From contig JAZHVR010000013.1 in NCBI GenBank assembly GCA_036453165.1, positions 19,821 through 83,820 of the forward strand: a DNA stretch of 64,000 nt. Direction: 5' to 3'. Made by a program: the position numbers and the translations under genes. A model generated the notes under the pieces. The model was not told the origin of the DNA, ran no database searches, and saw only the letters and a program-made list of their open reading frames with translations. Source of the stretch: Eubacteriales bacterium. GTDB lineage: Bacteria > Bacillota > Clostridia > Lachnospirales > Lachnospiraceae. This document shows, piece after piece, positions 48,517 to 58,479 of the stretch (positions are counted from its first letter, which is position 1; every line of letters starts with the position of its first letter).

Positions 48517-50292
48517 ATGAAGAAAATTATAGAGGATATCAACGAGGCTGCTGCTGACGCTTTTGAAAAAGCCGGATATGACAGGAAATATGCGCGTGTG
48601 ACACTGTCAAACCGTCCGGACCTCGCAGAATATCAGTGCAATGGCGCGCTCGCCGCGGCGAAAGAGTATCATAAGGCTCCGATCATGATCGCGGAGAGTG
48701 TCGTGGAGGAGATGAAAAAGTCAGCGATTTTTTCATCGGTAGAGGCGGTAAAGCCGGGATTTATCAATATCACTGTGACCCCGGATTATGTCGCATCTTA
48801 TCTCGAAAAGATGAGCCACGATGACGAACTGTCGGTGAACAAGACGACAGATCCGAAGACGATTATCATTGATTACGGCGGGGCAAATGTCGCCAAGCCG
48901 CTCCATGTAGGGCATCTGCGCTCGGCGGTCATCGGCGAGGCAATCAAGCGCATGGAAAGACGTCTCGGCAACAAGGTGATAGGCGATGTACATCTGGGCG
49001 ACTGGGGCCTTCAGATGGGACTCATCATCACGGAGCTCCAGGAGAGACAGCCGGATCTTCCTTATTTTGACGAGAGCTACACCGGTGAGTACCCGGAAGA
49101 AGCGCCGTTCACGATCAGTGAGCTGGAGGAAATCTACCCCTGCGCGAGCGGAAAGTCCAAGACGGATGATTCGTATAAGGCGCGCGCGCTGGAGGCGACA
49201 GCGGAGCTTCAGAGAGGACGCCGCGGATATCGCGCTCTCTGGAAGCACATCATGAATGTGTCTCTGGCCGACCTGCACAAGAACTATTCAAGGCTCAATG
49301 TCAGCTTTGACCTCTGGAAGGGCGAGTCGGATGCGCAGCCGTACATCGCTCCGATGGTCGAGAAAATGAAGAAAGACGGATACGCATACATGGATCAGGG
49401 CGCGCTCATTGTCGATGTGGCTGAGCCGGATGACAAGAAAGAGGTTCCTCCGTGCATGATCCTGAAGTCTGACGGCGCTTCCCTTTACACGACGACGGAT
49501 CTCGCCACGATCGTCCAGCGTGAAGAGGATTATCACCCGGATGAGATCATCTATGTCGTCGATAAGCGGCAGGAAATGCATTTTATCCAGACGTTCCGCT
49601 GTGCGAGAAAATGCGGGATCGTCGGTCCGGATATGAAGTTCACGTTTATCGGCTTCGGCACGATGAACGGCAAAGACGGGAAGCCCTTTAAGACACGTGA
49701 GGGCGGCGTCATGCGCCTCGAGACACTTATAAAGGATATCGACGATGAGATGTACAAAAAAATCGTCGAGAACCGCAGCGTCCGCGACAAGGATGCGGAG
49801 GAGACCGCGGAGGTCGTGGGACTTTCTGCCCTGAAGTACGGAGATCTCCAGAACCAGGCGTCCAAGGATTATATTTTTGATATCGACCGCTTTACATCCT
49901 TCGAGGGAAATACAGGCCCGTACATTCTCTATACGATCGTGCGCATCAAGTCGATTCTGAATAAATACGCAGAGGAAACGGGTATTGCACCTGATGAGGC
50001 CGGTGGAAAAATCATCGCCGCCTCCAGTGACGCAGAGAAGAAGCTGATGCTTCAGGCGGGACGTTATAATGAGGCGCTTGAGGATGCGTGCGCGGAATAT
50101 GCGCCGCACCGCGTGTGCGCATACATCTATGAGCTGGCCAATGATTTTAACAGTTTCTATCACGATACGAAGATTCTCTCCGAGGAAAATGAAGAGAGGA
50201 AAAATTCCTGGATCAGCGAGATCCGTCTCGTGAAGGATATCCTCGAAGATGCTATCGATGTCCTCGGATTTTCAGCACCTGACAGAATGTAA
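48517..50292 (+). CDS. argS: Arginine--tRNA ligase
   Basis: HIGH-like motif NVAKPLHVGHLRS, GDWGLQMG, KTREG and FEGNTGPY. Confidence 0.97.
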   Translation: MKKIIEDINEAAADAFEKAGYDRKYARVTLSNRPDLAEYQCNGALAAAKEYHKAPIMIAESVVEEMKKSAIFSSVEAVKPGFINITVTPDYVASYLEKMSHDDELSVNKTTDPKTIIIDYGGANVAKPLHVGHLRSAVIGEAIKRMERRLGNKVIGDVHLGDWGLQMGLIITELQERQPDLPYFDESYTGEYPEEAPFTISELEEIYPCASGKSKTDDSYKARALEATAELQRGRRGYRALWKHIMNVSLADLHKNYSRLNVSFDLWKGESDAQPYIAPMVEKMKKDGYAYMDQGALIVDVAEPDDKKEVPPCMILKSDGASLYTTTDLATIVQREEDYHPDEIIYVVDKRQEMHFIQTFRCARKCGIVGPDMKFTFIGFGTMNGKDGKPFKTREGGVMRLETLIKDIDDEMYKKIVENRSVRDKDAEETAEVVGLSALKYGDLQNQASKDYIFDIDRFTSFEGNTGPYILYTIVRIKSILNKYAEETGIAPDEAGGKIIAASSDAEKKLMLQAGRYNEALEDACAEYAPHRVCAYIYELANDFNSFYHDTKILSEENEERKNSWISEIRLVKDILEDAIDVLGFSAPDRM

Positions 50293-50302
50293 GGACTGGC
50301 AT

Positions 50303-50983
50303 ATGGCAGAAGCAGATGGGAAAAATATGAGACTTGCCATTTTCGACCTCGACGGTACACTTTCTGACAGCGGGCCCGGGATCACAAAGAGCGTCGCCTA
50401 TGCTTTTCAGAAGATGGGATGGCCAGAACAGTCGGAGGAGACACTGAGGTCGTTTATCGGGCCGGCTCTTGTTCCGCAGTTTATGGAAACCGGGCCGATG
50501 ACGCGCGAACAGGCGGACCAGGCTGTGAAGTATTATCGGGAAATGTATAACGACACCGGCAAGTTTGATAATTACGTCTATCCGGGTATTCCGGAGCTGC
50601 TTTTGCGGCTGAAGGAGGACGGATACCGTGTGGCTGTCGGGACGTCGAAGCCGCTGTTTTTTACTGAGCAGATCCTGGATCATTTCGGACTGACCAGGGT
50701 GTTTGACTGCATAAGTGCACCTGATCTCGGCGATACGAGTTCAGATAAAAAACGCATCATCGATCAGGCGATAGAAAAACTGGATTTTTGCAAAAGCAAA
50801 CGGAATGTCATCATGATCGGCGACAGGAAGTTCGACATTCTCGGTGCGAGGGATTCGGGTGTCACCTCCGTCGCAGTGACATACGGCTTCGGTTCTTCTG
50901 AAGAACTCGAAGAGGCGGGTCCGGATTACATGGTGGATTCTGTTGATGAACTGCAGGAGGTCCTGCTCAGCTTCAGGAAATGA
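50303..50983 (+). CDS. HAD family hydrolase (phosphatase)
   Basis: Motifs FDLDGTL, VGTSK and MIGDRKFDI. Confidence 0.9.
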   Translation: MAEADGKNMRLAIFDLDGTLSDSGPGITKSVAYAFQKMGWPEQSEETLRSFIGPALVPQFMETGPMTREQADQAVKYYREMYNDTGKFDNYVYPGIPELLLRLKEDGYRVAVGTSKPLFFTEQILDHFGLTRVFDCISAPDLGDTSSDKKRIIDQAIEKLDFCKSKRNVIMIGDRKFDILGARDSGVTSVAVTYGFGSSEELEEAGPDYMVDSVDELQEVLLSFRK

Positions 50984-50996
50984 GAATGGAGTACAG

Positions 50997-51719
50997 ATGG
51001 TGAGATCCGGAAAGAACAGCGGTCAGCTTTCAACAGGTCAGAAAATCTGGGACGTTGTGTATCCTTTTGTCCTTATGATCATTCTTCTGATCCTCTGCAA
51101 TTTCATCGTTCTTCTCGTCGCGGGTCTCGCGACGGCGACCTACGACACTTCAAAGATCCTCGAGAATGCGCCGTCGGCGGCGCTCTGGAGCACTGTTCTC
51201 TTTTACATCCTGTTCCTCATCCTTGTCCGCCGGAACTTCAAGGTCGATGAGATGCGTTTCGGGTGCGATCAGAATCACTGGCCGGTATGGAAAAATATCG
51301 CTGTCACGGCTGCGGTCGTGGCTGCGGGAGAAGCGGTGAACCTTATTCTTACGAAGTCCGGTATTGCGAAGATTTTTCAGGGATATTCAAACGCCTATTC
51401 AGTGACCTTTGAGGGACAGAATATCTTTTTGCTTATTCTGGCAACGTGTATTCTGAGCCCTGTTGCCGAAGAAGTGGGATTCCGTGGCATGATCTACAGG
51501 CGCGCGCGGAATTATCTGGGACCTGTGGCAGCGGCTTTTCTTGCGGCGGCCTTTTTCGGGATATATCACGGCAATCTGATCCAGTTTATCTACGCCTTTA
51601 TCCTCGGGCTTATTCTGGCATTCATCTACCAGAAGAGCGGATCGCTGAAACTCTGCATTGTGTCGCATTCGCTTCTGAATCTGATGACCATTCTTGTTGA
51701 CCAGATGGGTACGATCTGA
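50997..51719 (+). CDS. CPBP (Abi/CAAX) family intramembrane metalloprotease
   Basis: Motifs PVAEEVGFRG, FGIYHGN and HSLLN. Confidence 0.9.
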   Translation: MVRSGKNSGQLSTGQKIWDVVYPFVLMIILLILCNFIVLLVAGLATATYDTSKILENAPSAALWSTVLFYILFLILVRRNFKVDEMRFGCDQNHWPVWKNIAVTAAVVAAGEAVNLILTKSGIAKIFQGYSNAYSVTFEGQNIFLLILATCILSPVAEEVGFRGMIYRRARNYLGPVAAAFLAAAFFGIYHGNLIQFIYAFILGLILAFIYQKSGSLKLCIVSHSLLNLMTILVDQMGTI

Positions 51720-51794
51720 TGAATTGATTTAAAGTGTCGGACAATTTTATTAAAAATCCGATAAAATTCTTTCGAATAATATGATAAAAATGGC

Positions 51795-51823
51795 TTGCAA
51801 TTTAAAAAACGATAATCTATAAT
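51795..51823 (+). promoter_or_regulatory. tRNA promoter
   Basis: TTGCAA-17 bp-TATAAT, 19 bp before the tRNA. Confidence 0.7.
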
Positions 51824-51842
51824 AGCACATGTTGTTACGAAT

Positions 51843-51914
51843 TGGGCTATCGCCAAACGGTAAGGCAACGGACTCTGACTCCGTCATTTCCTGGTTCGAA
51901 TCCAGGTAGCCCAG
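51843..51914 (+). tRNA. tRNA-Gln (anticodon CTG)
   Basis: Acceptor stem TGGGCTA/TAGCCCA, anticodon arm ACGGA-CTCTGAC-TCCGT, T loop GGTTCGAATCC; CCA not encoded. Confidence 0.96.
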
Positions 51915-51917
51915 CTG

Positions 51918-51955
51918 AAGAGCAGTCACATGTGTGACTGCTCTTTTCTTTTTTT
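51918..51955 (+). terminator. Rho-independent terminator after the tRNA
   Basis: AAGAGCAGTCACA / TGTGACTGCTCTT followed by a long T run. Confidence 0.85.
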
Positions 51956-51980
51956 ATCTTTTCATTAATACAAGAGTTAT

Positions 51981-52036
51981 GAACCGCATCTCATCACGTG
52001 ACAGAGTGAAGTAGTGGGGAAAGCGCGATGACGAGA
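51981..52036 (+). repeat. Degenerate solo copy of the 82-bp unit
   Basis: GAACCGCATCTCATCACGTGACAGAGTGAAG...GCGATGACGAGA compared with GAGCCGCATCCTCTCACGCGAAGCGTGAAG...GCGACGACGCGA. Confidence 0.5.
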
Positions 52037-52076
52037 TGAAATATCGTCCATCATTTCAGAGAAAGGGAATTCGTGA

Positions 52077-52796
52077 ATGAAGAAGTATCAATATCCCACG
52101 CGGGTGCGTTTCAGTGAAGTCGATGAAGAGGGAAATATGACGCCGTTTGCCCTGCTTAATAATCTGCAGGACTGCGCGACCTTTCACGGAGAGGATTCGG
52201 GCATTGGCTTTGCCCACAACAAAAAATCCGGTCACGCATGGGTCATTGCAAACATGCAGCTGGAGGTGATCTCATTTCCGTTTTTTGATACAGAGATCAC
52301 GACAAATACCTGGACGACTTCATTCCGCGGGCCCATCGGACACCGCTGTTTTGAAGTTACAGGTCCGGATGGTCAGCTTCTCGCTGCGGCGCATTCGGAC
52401 TGGGTGTTTATGGACATGATCCGTCAGCTTCCTGAGAAAGTTACCGATGATCAGAAGGCTTATGGCCTGTATCCGGAGCTCGATATTCCTATTGACCCCG
52501 GTAAACGGAAAGTAAGAGTAGAGGGCGACTGGGAGAAAAAAGAACCGATTGTGATCCGCGAGGACTACCTCGATACGAACGGCCATATGAATAATGCGCA
52601 GTATGTGCGCCTCGCGGCTATACATCTGCCTGAAGGAAAAATTATGCGCAGGATCCGCGCGGAGTGGAAACGTCAGGCCATGCTCAATGAAAAGCTGATC
52701 CCCTGCGTGCTTACAAAGGATGAGAAGATATATGTGCGTTTCGACAGTGAAGACGGCGGTGATCCGTTCTTTATCTGTGAGATGACCGTTGAATAA
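52077..52796 (+). CDS. Acyl-ACP thioesterase
   Basis: Motifs VRFSEVDEEG and DYLDTNGHMNNAQYV. Confidence 0.9.
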   Translation: MKKYQYPTRVRFSEVDEEGNMTPFALLNNLQDCATFHGEDSGIGFAHNKKSGHAWVIANMQLEVISFPFFDTEITTNTWTTSFRGPIGHRCFEVTGPDGQLLAAAHSDWVFMDMIRQLPEKVTDDQKAYGLYPELDIPIDPGKRKVRVEGDWEKKEPIVIREDYLDTNGHMNNAQYVRLAAIHLPEGKIMRRIRAEWKRQAMLNEKLIPCVLTKDEKIYVRFDSEDGGDPFFICEMTVE

Positions 52797-52806
52797 GGAG
52801 AAAAAT

Positions 52807-53649
52807 ATGCTCGAACTTGGAAAGGTGCAGACACTCAGAATATTGAAGATCCTGGATTTTGGAGCTTATCTCTCTGATGATCCGAAGGCGGGGAAAGACC
52901 AGCAGGTGCTCCTCCCGGCAAAGGAGGTCCCGGAGGAGGCAGAAATAGGAGATAAAGAAGAGGTTTTTGTATATCGTGACTCACAGGACAGGCTGGTCGC
53001 TACGACGCGCGAACCGGCGCTGACGGTCGGTGGCGCGCCGGCACTTCTGACGGTGAAAGACATAAACAGAGTCGGGATTTTTCTCGACTGGGGCCTTGAG
53101 AGAGACCTCCTTCTGCCGTATCATGAGCAGACCTACGAGCCGAAAGCCGGCGAGCAGGTGCTTGTTGCTCTCTATATAGATAAGAGTGAGCGGCTCGCCG
53201 CGACGATGAAGCTCTATCATCATCTGGCGACGGATTCGCCGTATAAGGCGGGAGATATTGTCAGCGGTCTTGTTTACGAGACGAGCAGAAATTTTGGCAC
53301 CTTTGTCGCTGTCGATGACCGCTACTCCGCTCTTTTTCCGAAGAACGAAGGAAGACAGGTCTACGCTCCCGGCGTGCGCGCTGAATTCCGCGTGTCGCGC
53401 GTGCTTCCAGATGGAAAACTTGAGCTCGCCACAAAGGAAAAATCGTACGAGCTGATCGACAGTGATGCCGAGTCTGTTTTTTCTGTGATCAGAGAAGAGG
53501 GAGGCGTGCTGCCATTTGACGACAAGGCTGCTCCGGCTCTGATTGAAGAGAAGTTTCATCTTTCTAAAAATGCCTTTAAGAGGGCGGTGGGACACCTGCT
53601 CAAAGAGGGCAGGATCATGAAAAAGGACGGGCGCATTTACATCAGATAA
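52807..53649 (+). CDS. cvfB: CvfB-family S1 RNA-binding protein
   Basis: Motifs DFGAYL, GIFLDWGLERDLLLP and LSKNAFKRAVGHLLK. Confidence 0.88.
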   Translation: MLELGKVQTLRILKILDFGAYLSDDPKAGKDQQVLLPAKEVPEEAEIGDKEEVFVYRDSQDRLVATTREPALTVGGAPALLTVKDINRVGIFLDWGLERDLLLPYHEQTYEPKAGEQVLVALYIDKSERLAATMKLYHHLATDSPYKAGDIVSGLVYETSRNFGTFVAVDDRYSALFPKNEGRQVYAPGVRAEFRVSRVLPDGKLELATKEKSYELIDSDAESVFSVIREEGGVLPFDDKAAPALIEEKFHLSKNAFKRAVGHLLKEGRIMKKDGRIYIR

Positions 53650-53691
53650 CATGCAGACCAGATACGCCTTGGAAATAATGGGAGGTTTTCT

Positions 53692-56600
53692 GTGAGCTTT
53701 GTACATCTGCACACCCATACAGAATATTCTCTGCTGGATGGCTCAAACAAAATAAAAGATTATGTTGCCCGCGTGAAGGAACTCGGCATGAATGCCGCTG
53801 CGATCACGGATCACGGCGTTATGTACGGGTGCATTCAGTTTTACAAGGAATGCATGGCGCAGGGGATCAAGCCGATCATCGGCTGCGAGGTCTATGTAGC
53901 CCCGGGGTCGAGATTTGACAAATCCGGCAGTGCATCCGAAGAGAGATATTACCATCTGATCCTTCTCGCCGAAAACATGACCGGCTATAACAATCTGATC
54001 AAAATTGTGTCCAGAGGATTCGTGGATGGCTTTTATTACAAGCCGCGTGTCGACACTGAGGTACTTGAAAAATACCACGAGGGGATCATTGCGCTCTCGG
54101 CCTGCCTCGCGGGCGAGGTGGCGACAAATCTCGCGGCTAACCGGTACGACGACGCAAAGAAAGCTGCATTGAAGTATGACAGAATCTTCGGCCACGGAAA
54201 CTTTTTCCTGGAACTTCAGGATCACGGGATAGCCGCGCAGCAGGTCGTCAATCCGCAGCTTCTCCGGATGAGTGAGGAAACCGGAATCGAGCTTGTCTGT
54301 ACGAATGACTGCCATTACACGATGGCTGAGGACGCGGAAGCGCACGATATTCTCCTGTGCATCCAGACCGGGAAGAAGGTATCCGATGAGAACCGTCTCC
54401 GCTACGAGGGAGGACAGTTCTATGTCAAGTCGGAAGAGGAGATGCGCAAGCTGTTTCCTTATGCTCCACAGGCGATTGAAAATACGCAGAAAATCGCTGA
54501 CCGCTGCAATGTGGAGATCAAATTCCATGAGCTGAAACTGCCGCACTATGAGGTGCCTGAGGGGTACACATCGTGGACCTACCTGAAGCATCTCTGCCGC
54601 GAAGGCATGAAGCGGCTGTACGATTTTGATCCCGGGGATCCTGCACCTGACGAAGAGCAGCCGGAAAATGCAGGAAATGGCGGAACATCAGGACAGGACG
54701 CAGAACAGATTTCCGGGCATGTGGAAGAACAGGCAGACGAAGCCGCTTCCACGCACAAGAAGCTGCGGGACAGGCTCCGCTACGAGCTGAACACCATCCA
54801 TAAAATGGGTTACGTCGATTATTTCCTCATCGTCTGGGATTACGTTCATTTTGCGAAGGAGAGCGGGATTCCTGTCGGCCCCGGACGAGGAAGTGCAGCC
54901 GGATCCATCGTGTCCTATACCCTGGGAATCACGGAGCTGGATCCGATAAAGTATGATCTTCTCTTTGAGCGTTTTCTGAATCCCGAGCGGGTTTCTATGC
55001 CTGATATCGACGTGGATTTCGGCTTCGAGAGAAGACAGGAAGTCATCGACTACGTCGTCAGGAAATACGGGAAGGACTGCGTCGTTCAGATCGTAACCTT
55101 CGGAACGATGGCTGCGAAAAATTCCATCCGCGATGTGGGACGCGCACTGGATCTGCCGTATTCACTCTGTAACGAGATCTCAAAGATGATCCCGAATGAG
55201 CTGAATATGACGATCAGCAGGGCTCTCGAAATGAATCATGAGCTGAAGGAGCGCTACGATTCTGACGAAAAGGTACATTATCTGATCAACATGGCCATGA
55301 AGCTTGAGGGACTGCCGAGGCACACATCCATGCATGCGGCGGGCGTTGTCATTTCCTCGAAGCCGGTTGATGAATTTGTTCCGCTGCAGACGGCAGCGGA
55401 CGGGACGATCACTACCCAGTACAATATGACCGAGCTGGAGGAACTGGGCCTTCTGAAGATGGATTTTCTCGGACTGCGGACGCTCACAGTTATTCAGAGC
55501 GCCTGCAATATGGCGGAGAAACGCACCGGAAAGCATATAGATCTTTCAAAAATAGATTACAACGATCCGGATGTCATGAAAATGATCGGAGACGGGAAGT
55601 GTGAGGGCGTTTTCCAGCTTGAGTCGGGTGGTATGAAGAGCTTTATGAAAGAACTGAAGCCGACGACGCTCGATGACATTGTCGCGGGTGTGGCTCTGTA
55701 TCGTCCGGGTCCCATGGACTTTATTCCGAACTATATCAAGGGGAAGGAACATCCTGATCAGGTCTGGTATGACTGCCCTCAGGAAAAGCCGATCCTGGAG
55801 TCCACATACGGATGTATCGTATACCAGGAGCAGGTCATGCAGATCGTACGTTCTCTCGCCGGTTATTCATACGGCGGGGCGGATATTCTCCGGCGCGCGA
55901 TGTCAAAGAAAAAAATGCATGTCATGGAGGAGGAGCGCCACAATTTTGTCTACGGAAATGAGGAGCGCCACATCCCCGGCTGCATTAAAAACGGTATCGA
56001 TGAGCAGACGGCAAACAAGATCTATGACGAGATGATCGATTTTGCAAAGTATGCGTTTAATAAGTCCCACGCCGCATGCTATGCCGTCGTATCCTTCCAG
56101 ACTGCCTGGTTGAAGTATTATTATCCGGTTGAATTTATGGCGGCGCTGATGACATCTGTCATCGACAACCCCGGAAAGTGCGCAGAATATATGCTTGTCT
56201 GCCGCCAGATGGGAATTCAGATCCTGCCGCCGGATATCAACTGCGGGCAGAGCGATTTTTCCGTAGAGGACGGAAACATCCGCTACGCGATGACGGCCAT
56301 AAAGGGTGTCGGCAGACCGGTCATGGACAACATTATCCTGGAGCGCGATGCGCGCGGAAAATTCCGCGATATCCAGGACCTCTGCAGCCGGCTCTCGGGC
56401 GTTGTGAATAAGCGGACAATGGAGAATCTGATCAAGTCAGGTGCCCTCGACAGCCTGGGCGGGACCCGGAAACAATATATGCAGGTCTACAGCCTGCTGA
56501 TGGACGAAGAAAGCAAAAACAAAAAGAATAATATCGCCGGTCAGATGTCGCTCTTTGACATCATGCCGGAGGATCAGAAGAAAAATTTCGAGATCAGTCT

Positions 56601-57288
56601 TCCGGATGTCGGGGAATTTCCCGATGAGGAAAAGCTCGCAATGGAAAAAGAGGTCCTCGGGATTTATATCAGCGGACATCCTCTGCGTGAGTACGAGGAC
56701 AAGTGGAAGAAATATGCAAATGCAAAATCCTCCGATTTTCAGCTGAGTGAGGAAACGGGCAGACCCCTGCTTCGTGACAGCGCGAGAGTGACGATCGGCG
56801 GCATGGTTACGGACAGGACGATCAAATACACAAAGACAAACCAGACGATGGCATTTGTCTCTGTTGAGGATCTCGTGGGCACTGTTGAGGTCATCGTCTT
56901 TCCGAAGAGCTATGAGCAGTATTCGACACTTCTGACGGATGATGCAAAGGTGTTTATCACGGGGCGGGTATCTGTTGAAGAAGACAGTCCGGCGAAGCTG
57001 ATCGCGGAGCGTGTCATGCGCTTTTCCGATGTGCCCCGTGACGTATGGATTCAGTTTGCAGACAGGGCGGAGTATGAGCAGAAAGCACAGCAGCTGGATG
57101 CTCTTGTTTCAGATCATCCGGGGAAGGATACGATTGTCGTTTATCTGAAAAAAGAACGGGCAGTGAGGAAACTTCCGCAGAGAGCAGATACACAGACAAA
57201 GGACGGTATCTTTTCTTCTCTGAAAGTAATATTTGGGGAGAAAAATGTGAAAGCCGTGGAGAAAAACGGCCAGGACACTGCGCGCTAA
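53692..57288 (+). CDS. dnaE: DNA polymerase III alpha subunit
   Basis: Motifs FVHLHTHTEYSLLDG, GPGRGSAAGS, RVSMPDIDVDF and YAFNKSHA. Confidence 0.98.
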   Translation: MSFVHLHTHTEYSLLDGSNKIKDYVARVKELGMNAAAITDHGVMYGCIQFYKECMAQGIKPIIGCEVYVAPGSRFDKSGSASEERYYHLILLAENMTGYNNLIKIVSRGFVDGFYYKPRVDTEVLEKYHEGIIALSACLAGEVATNLAANRYDDAKKAALKYDRIFGHGNFFLELQDHGIAAQQVVNPQLLRMSEETGIELVCTNDCHYTMAEDAEAHDILLCIQTGKKVSDENRLRYEGGQFYVKSEEEMRKLFPYAPQAIENTQKIADRCNVEIKFHELKLPHYEVPEGYTSWTYLKHLCREGMKRLYDFDPGDPAPDEEQPENAGNGGTSGQDAEQISGHVEEQADEAASTHKKLRDRLRYELNTIHKMGYVDYFLIVWDYVHFAKESGIPVGPGRGSAAGSIVSYTLGITELDPIKYDLLFERFLNPERVSMPDIDVDFGFERRQEVIDYVVRKYGKDCVVQIVTFGTMAAKNSIRDVGRALDLPYSLCNEISKMIPNELNMTISRALEMNHELKERYDSDEKVHYLINMAMKLEGLPRHTSMHAAGVVISSKPVDEFVPLQTAADGTITTQYNMTELEELGLLKMDFLGLRTLTVIQSACNMAEKRTGKHIDLSKIDYNDPDVMKMIGDGKCEGVFQLESGGMKSFMKELKPTTLDDIVAGVALYRPGPMDFIPNYIKGKEHPDQVWYDCPQEKPILESTYGCIVYQEQVMQIVRSLAGYSYGGADILRRAMSKKKMHVMEEERHNFVYGNEERHIPGCIKNGIDEQTANKIYDEMIDFAKYAFNKSHAACYAVVSFQTAWLKYYYPVEFMAALMTSVIDNPGKCAEYMLVCRQMGIQILPPDINCGQSDFSVEDGNIRYAMTAIKGVGRPVMDNIILERDARGKFRDIQDLCSRLSGVVNKRTMENLIKSGALDSLGGTRKQYMQVYSLLMDEESKNKKNNIAGQMSLFDIMPEDQKKNFEISLPDVGEFPDEEKLAMEKEVLGIYISGHPLREYEDKWKKYANAKSSDFQLSEETGRPLLRDSARVTIGGMVTDRTIKYTKTNQTMAFVSVEDLVGTVEVIVFPKSYEQYSTLLTDDAKVFITGRVSVEEDSPAKLIAERVMRFSDVPRDVWIQFADRAEYEQKAQQLDALVSDHPGKDTIVVYLKKERAVRKLPQRADTQTKDGIFSSLKVIFGEKNVKAVEKNGQDTAR

Positions 57289-57409
57289 TTGTAGGTAAAC
57301 ATTTGCAAACTCGCCTGAATGCGTGTAACTTAAGTATTGACACGATGATTCTGACAGATTTAATATTACCTTGGTTTATAACAGATTATTTCTTACCGGG
57401 AGGCTTATC

Positions 57410-58405
57410 ATGGCTGATGGAAGCAAAGTAAAAACAATTGGTATTCTTACGAGTGGCGGCGACGCTCCGGGCATGAACGCGGCAGTTCGTGCGGCGACGA
57501 GAAGAGCCATTTACAAAGGACTGAAGGTTAAGGGTATTCTGAAAGGATATGACGGACTTATCAATGATGAGATCGTTGACCTCGATGCCAAAGCTGTTTC
57601 TGATATTATCGGACGCGGAGGCACGATCCTTTATTCTGCGAGATGTGCGGAGATGCGCACCGATGAAGGAATTAAAAAGGCAGTAGATACATGCAAGCGC
57701 CATGGTATTGACGGCCTTGTCGTAATCGGCGGCGACGGCTCTTTCGCAGGAGCACAGAAGCTCGCAAATGCTGGCGTGAACGCAATCGGTATTCCTGGTA
57801 CGATCGACCTCGACATTGCGTGCACAGATTATACGATCGGTTTTGATACAGCAGTAAATACGGCCATGGAAGCCATCGATAAAATCCGCGATACATCAAC
57901 TTCTCATGAGAGAGTCAGTATCGTAGAAGTTATGGGACGTAACGCAGGTTATATCGCACTCTGGTGCGGCATCGCTTCAGGAGCTGAGGATGTTCTTCTT
58001 CCTGAAAAGTATGATTATGATGAGCAGACAATCATCAATCATATCATTGAGACAAGAAAGAAAGGAAAGAAGCATCATATCATCATCAACGCAGAGGGTA
58101 TCGGTCATTCCCAGGCTATGGCGAAGAGAATCGAAGCTGCCACCGGTATCGGCACGAGGGCTACGATCCTCGGTCATATGCAGCGCGGTGGTTCACCGAC
58201 CTGCACGGACCGTATGTACGCCACGATCATGGGCGCATATGCTGTAGACCTTCTGACCGCGGGCAAGAATAAACGTGTCGTCGCATACAGAGGCGGTGAA
58301 TTCGTTGATTATGATATCAATGAGGCTCTTGCGATGACGAAGACGCTGTCCGAGTATGAGGTAGAACTGGCAAAGACTCTGTCTTACAATTACGTGCTGA
58401 AATAA
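57410..58405 (+). CDS. pfkA: ATP-dependent 6-phosphofructokinase
   Basis: Motifs LTSGGDAPGMNAA, IGGDGS, PGTIDLD, EVMGRNAG and GHMQRGG. Confidence 0.97.
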   Translation: MADGSKVKTIGILTSGGDAPGMNAAVRAATRRAIYKGLKVKGILKGYDGLINDEIVDLDAKAVSDIIGRGGTILYSARCAEMRTDEGIKKAVDTCKRHGIDGLVVIGGDGSFAGAQKLANAGVNAIGIPGTIDLDIACTDYTIGFDTAVNTAMEAIDKIRDTSTSHERVSIVEVMGRNAGYIALWCGIASGAEDVLLPEKYDYDEQTIINHIIETRKKGKKHHIIINAEGIGHSQAMAKRIEAATGIGTRATILGHMQRGGSPTCTDRMYATIMGAYAVDLLTAGKNKRVVAYRGGEFVDYDINEALAMTKTLSEYEVELAKTLSYNYVLK

Positions 58406-58427
58406 GTTTTGAATAACAGGAATGGTG

Positions 58428-58460
58428 AGGTCCGCCTGCCGGAGAGCAGGCGGACCTTTT
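58428..58460 (+). terminator. Rho-independent terminator after pfkA
   Basis: AGGTCCGCCTGC / GCAGGCGGACCT followed by TTT. Confidence 0.8.
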
Positions 58461-58479
58461 GCGCTAAGGCGGATATCAG

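Noticed and set aside
51843-52076. Integrative element at tRNA-Gln
   Set aside because: No integrase or duplicated tRNA 3' end seen; housekeeping genes follow.
53692-57288. Intein in dnaE
   Set aside because: Length is near normal, the YAFNKSH region is uninterrupted, and the only insertion lacks splicing residues.
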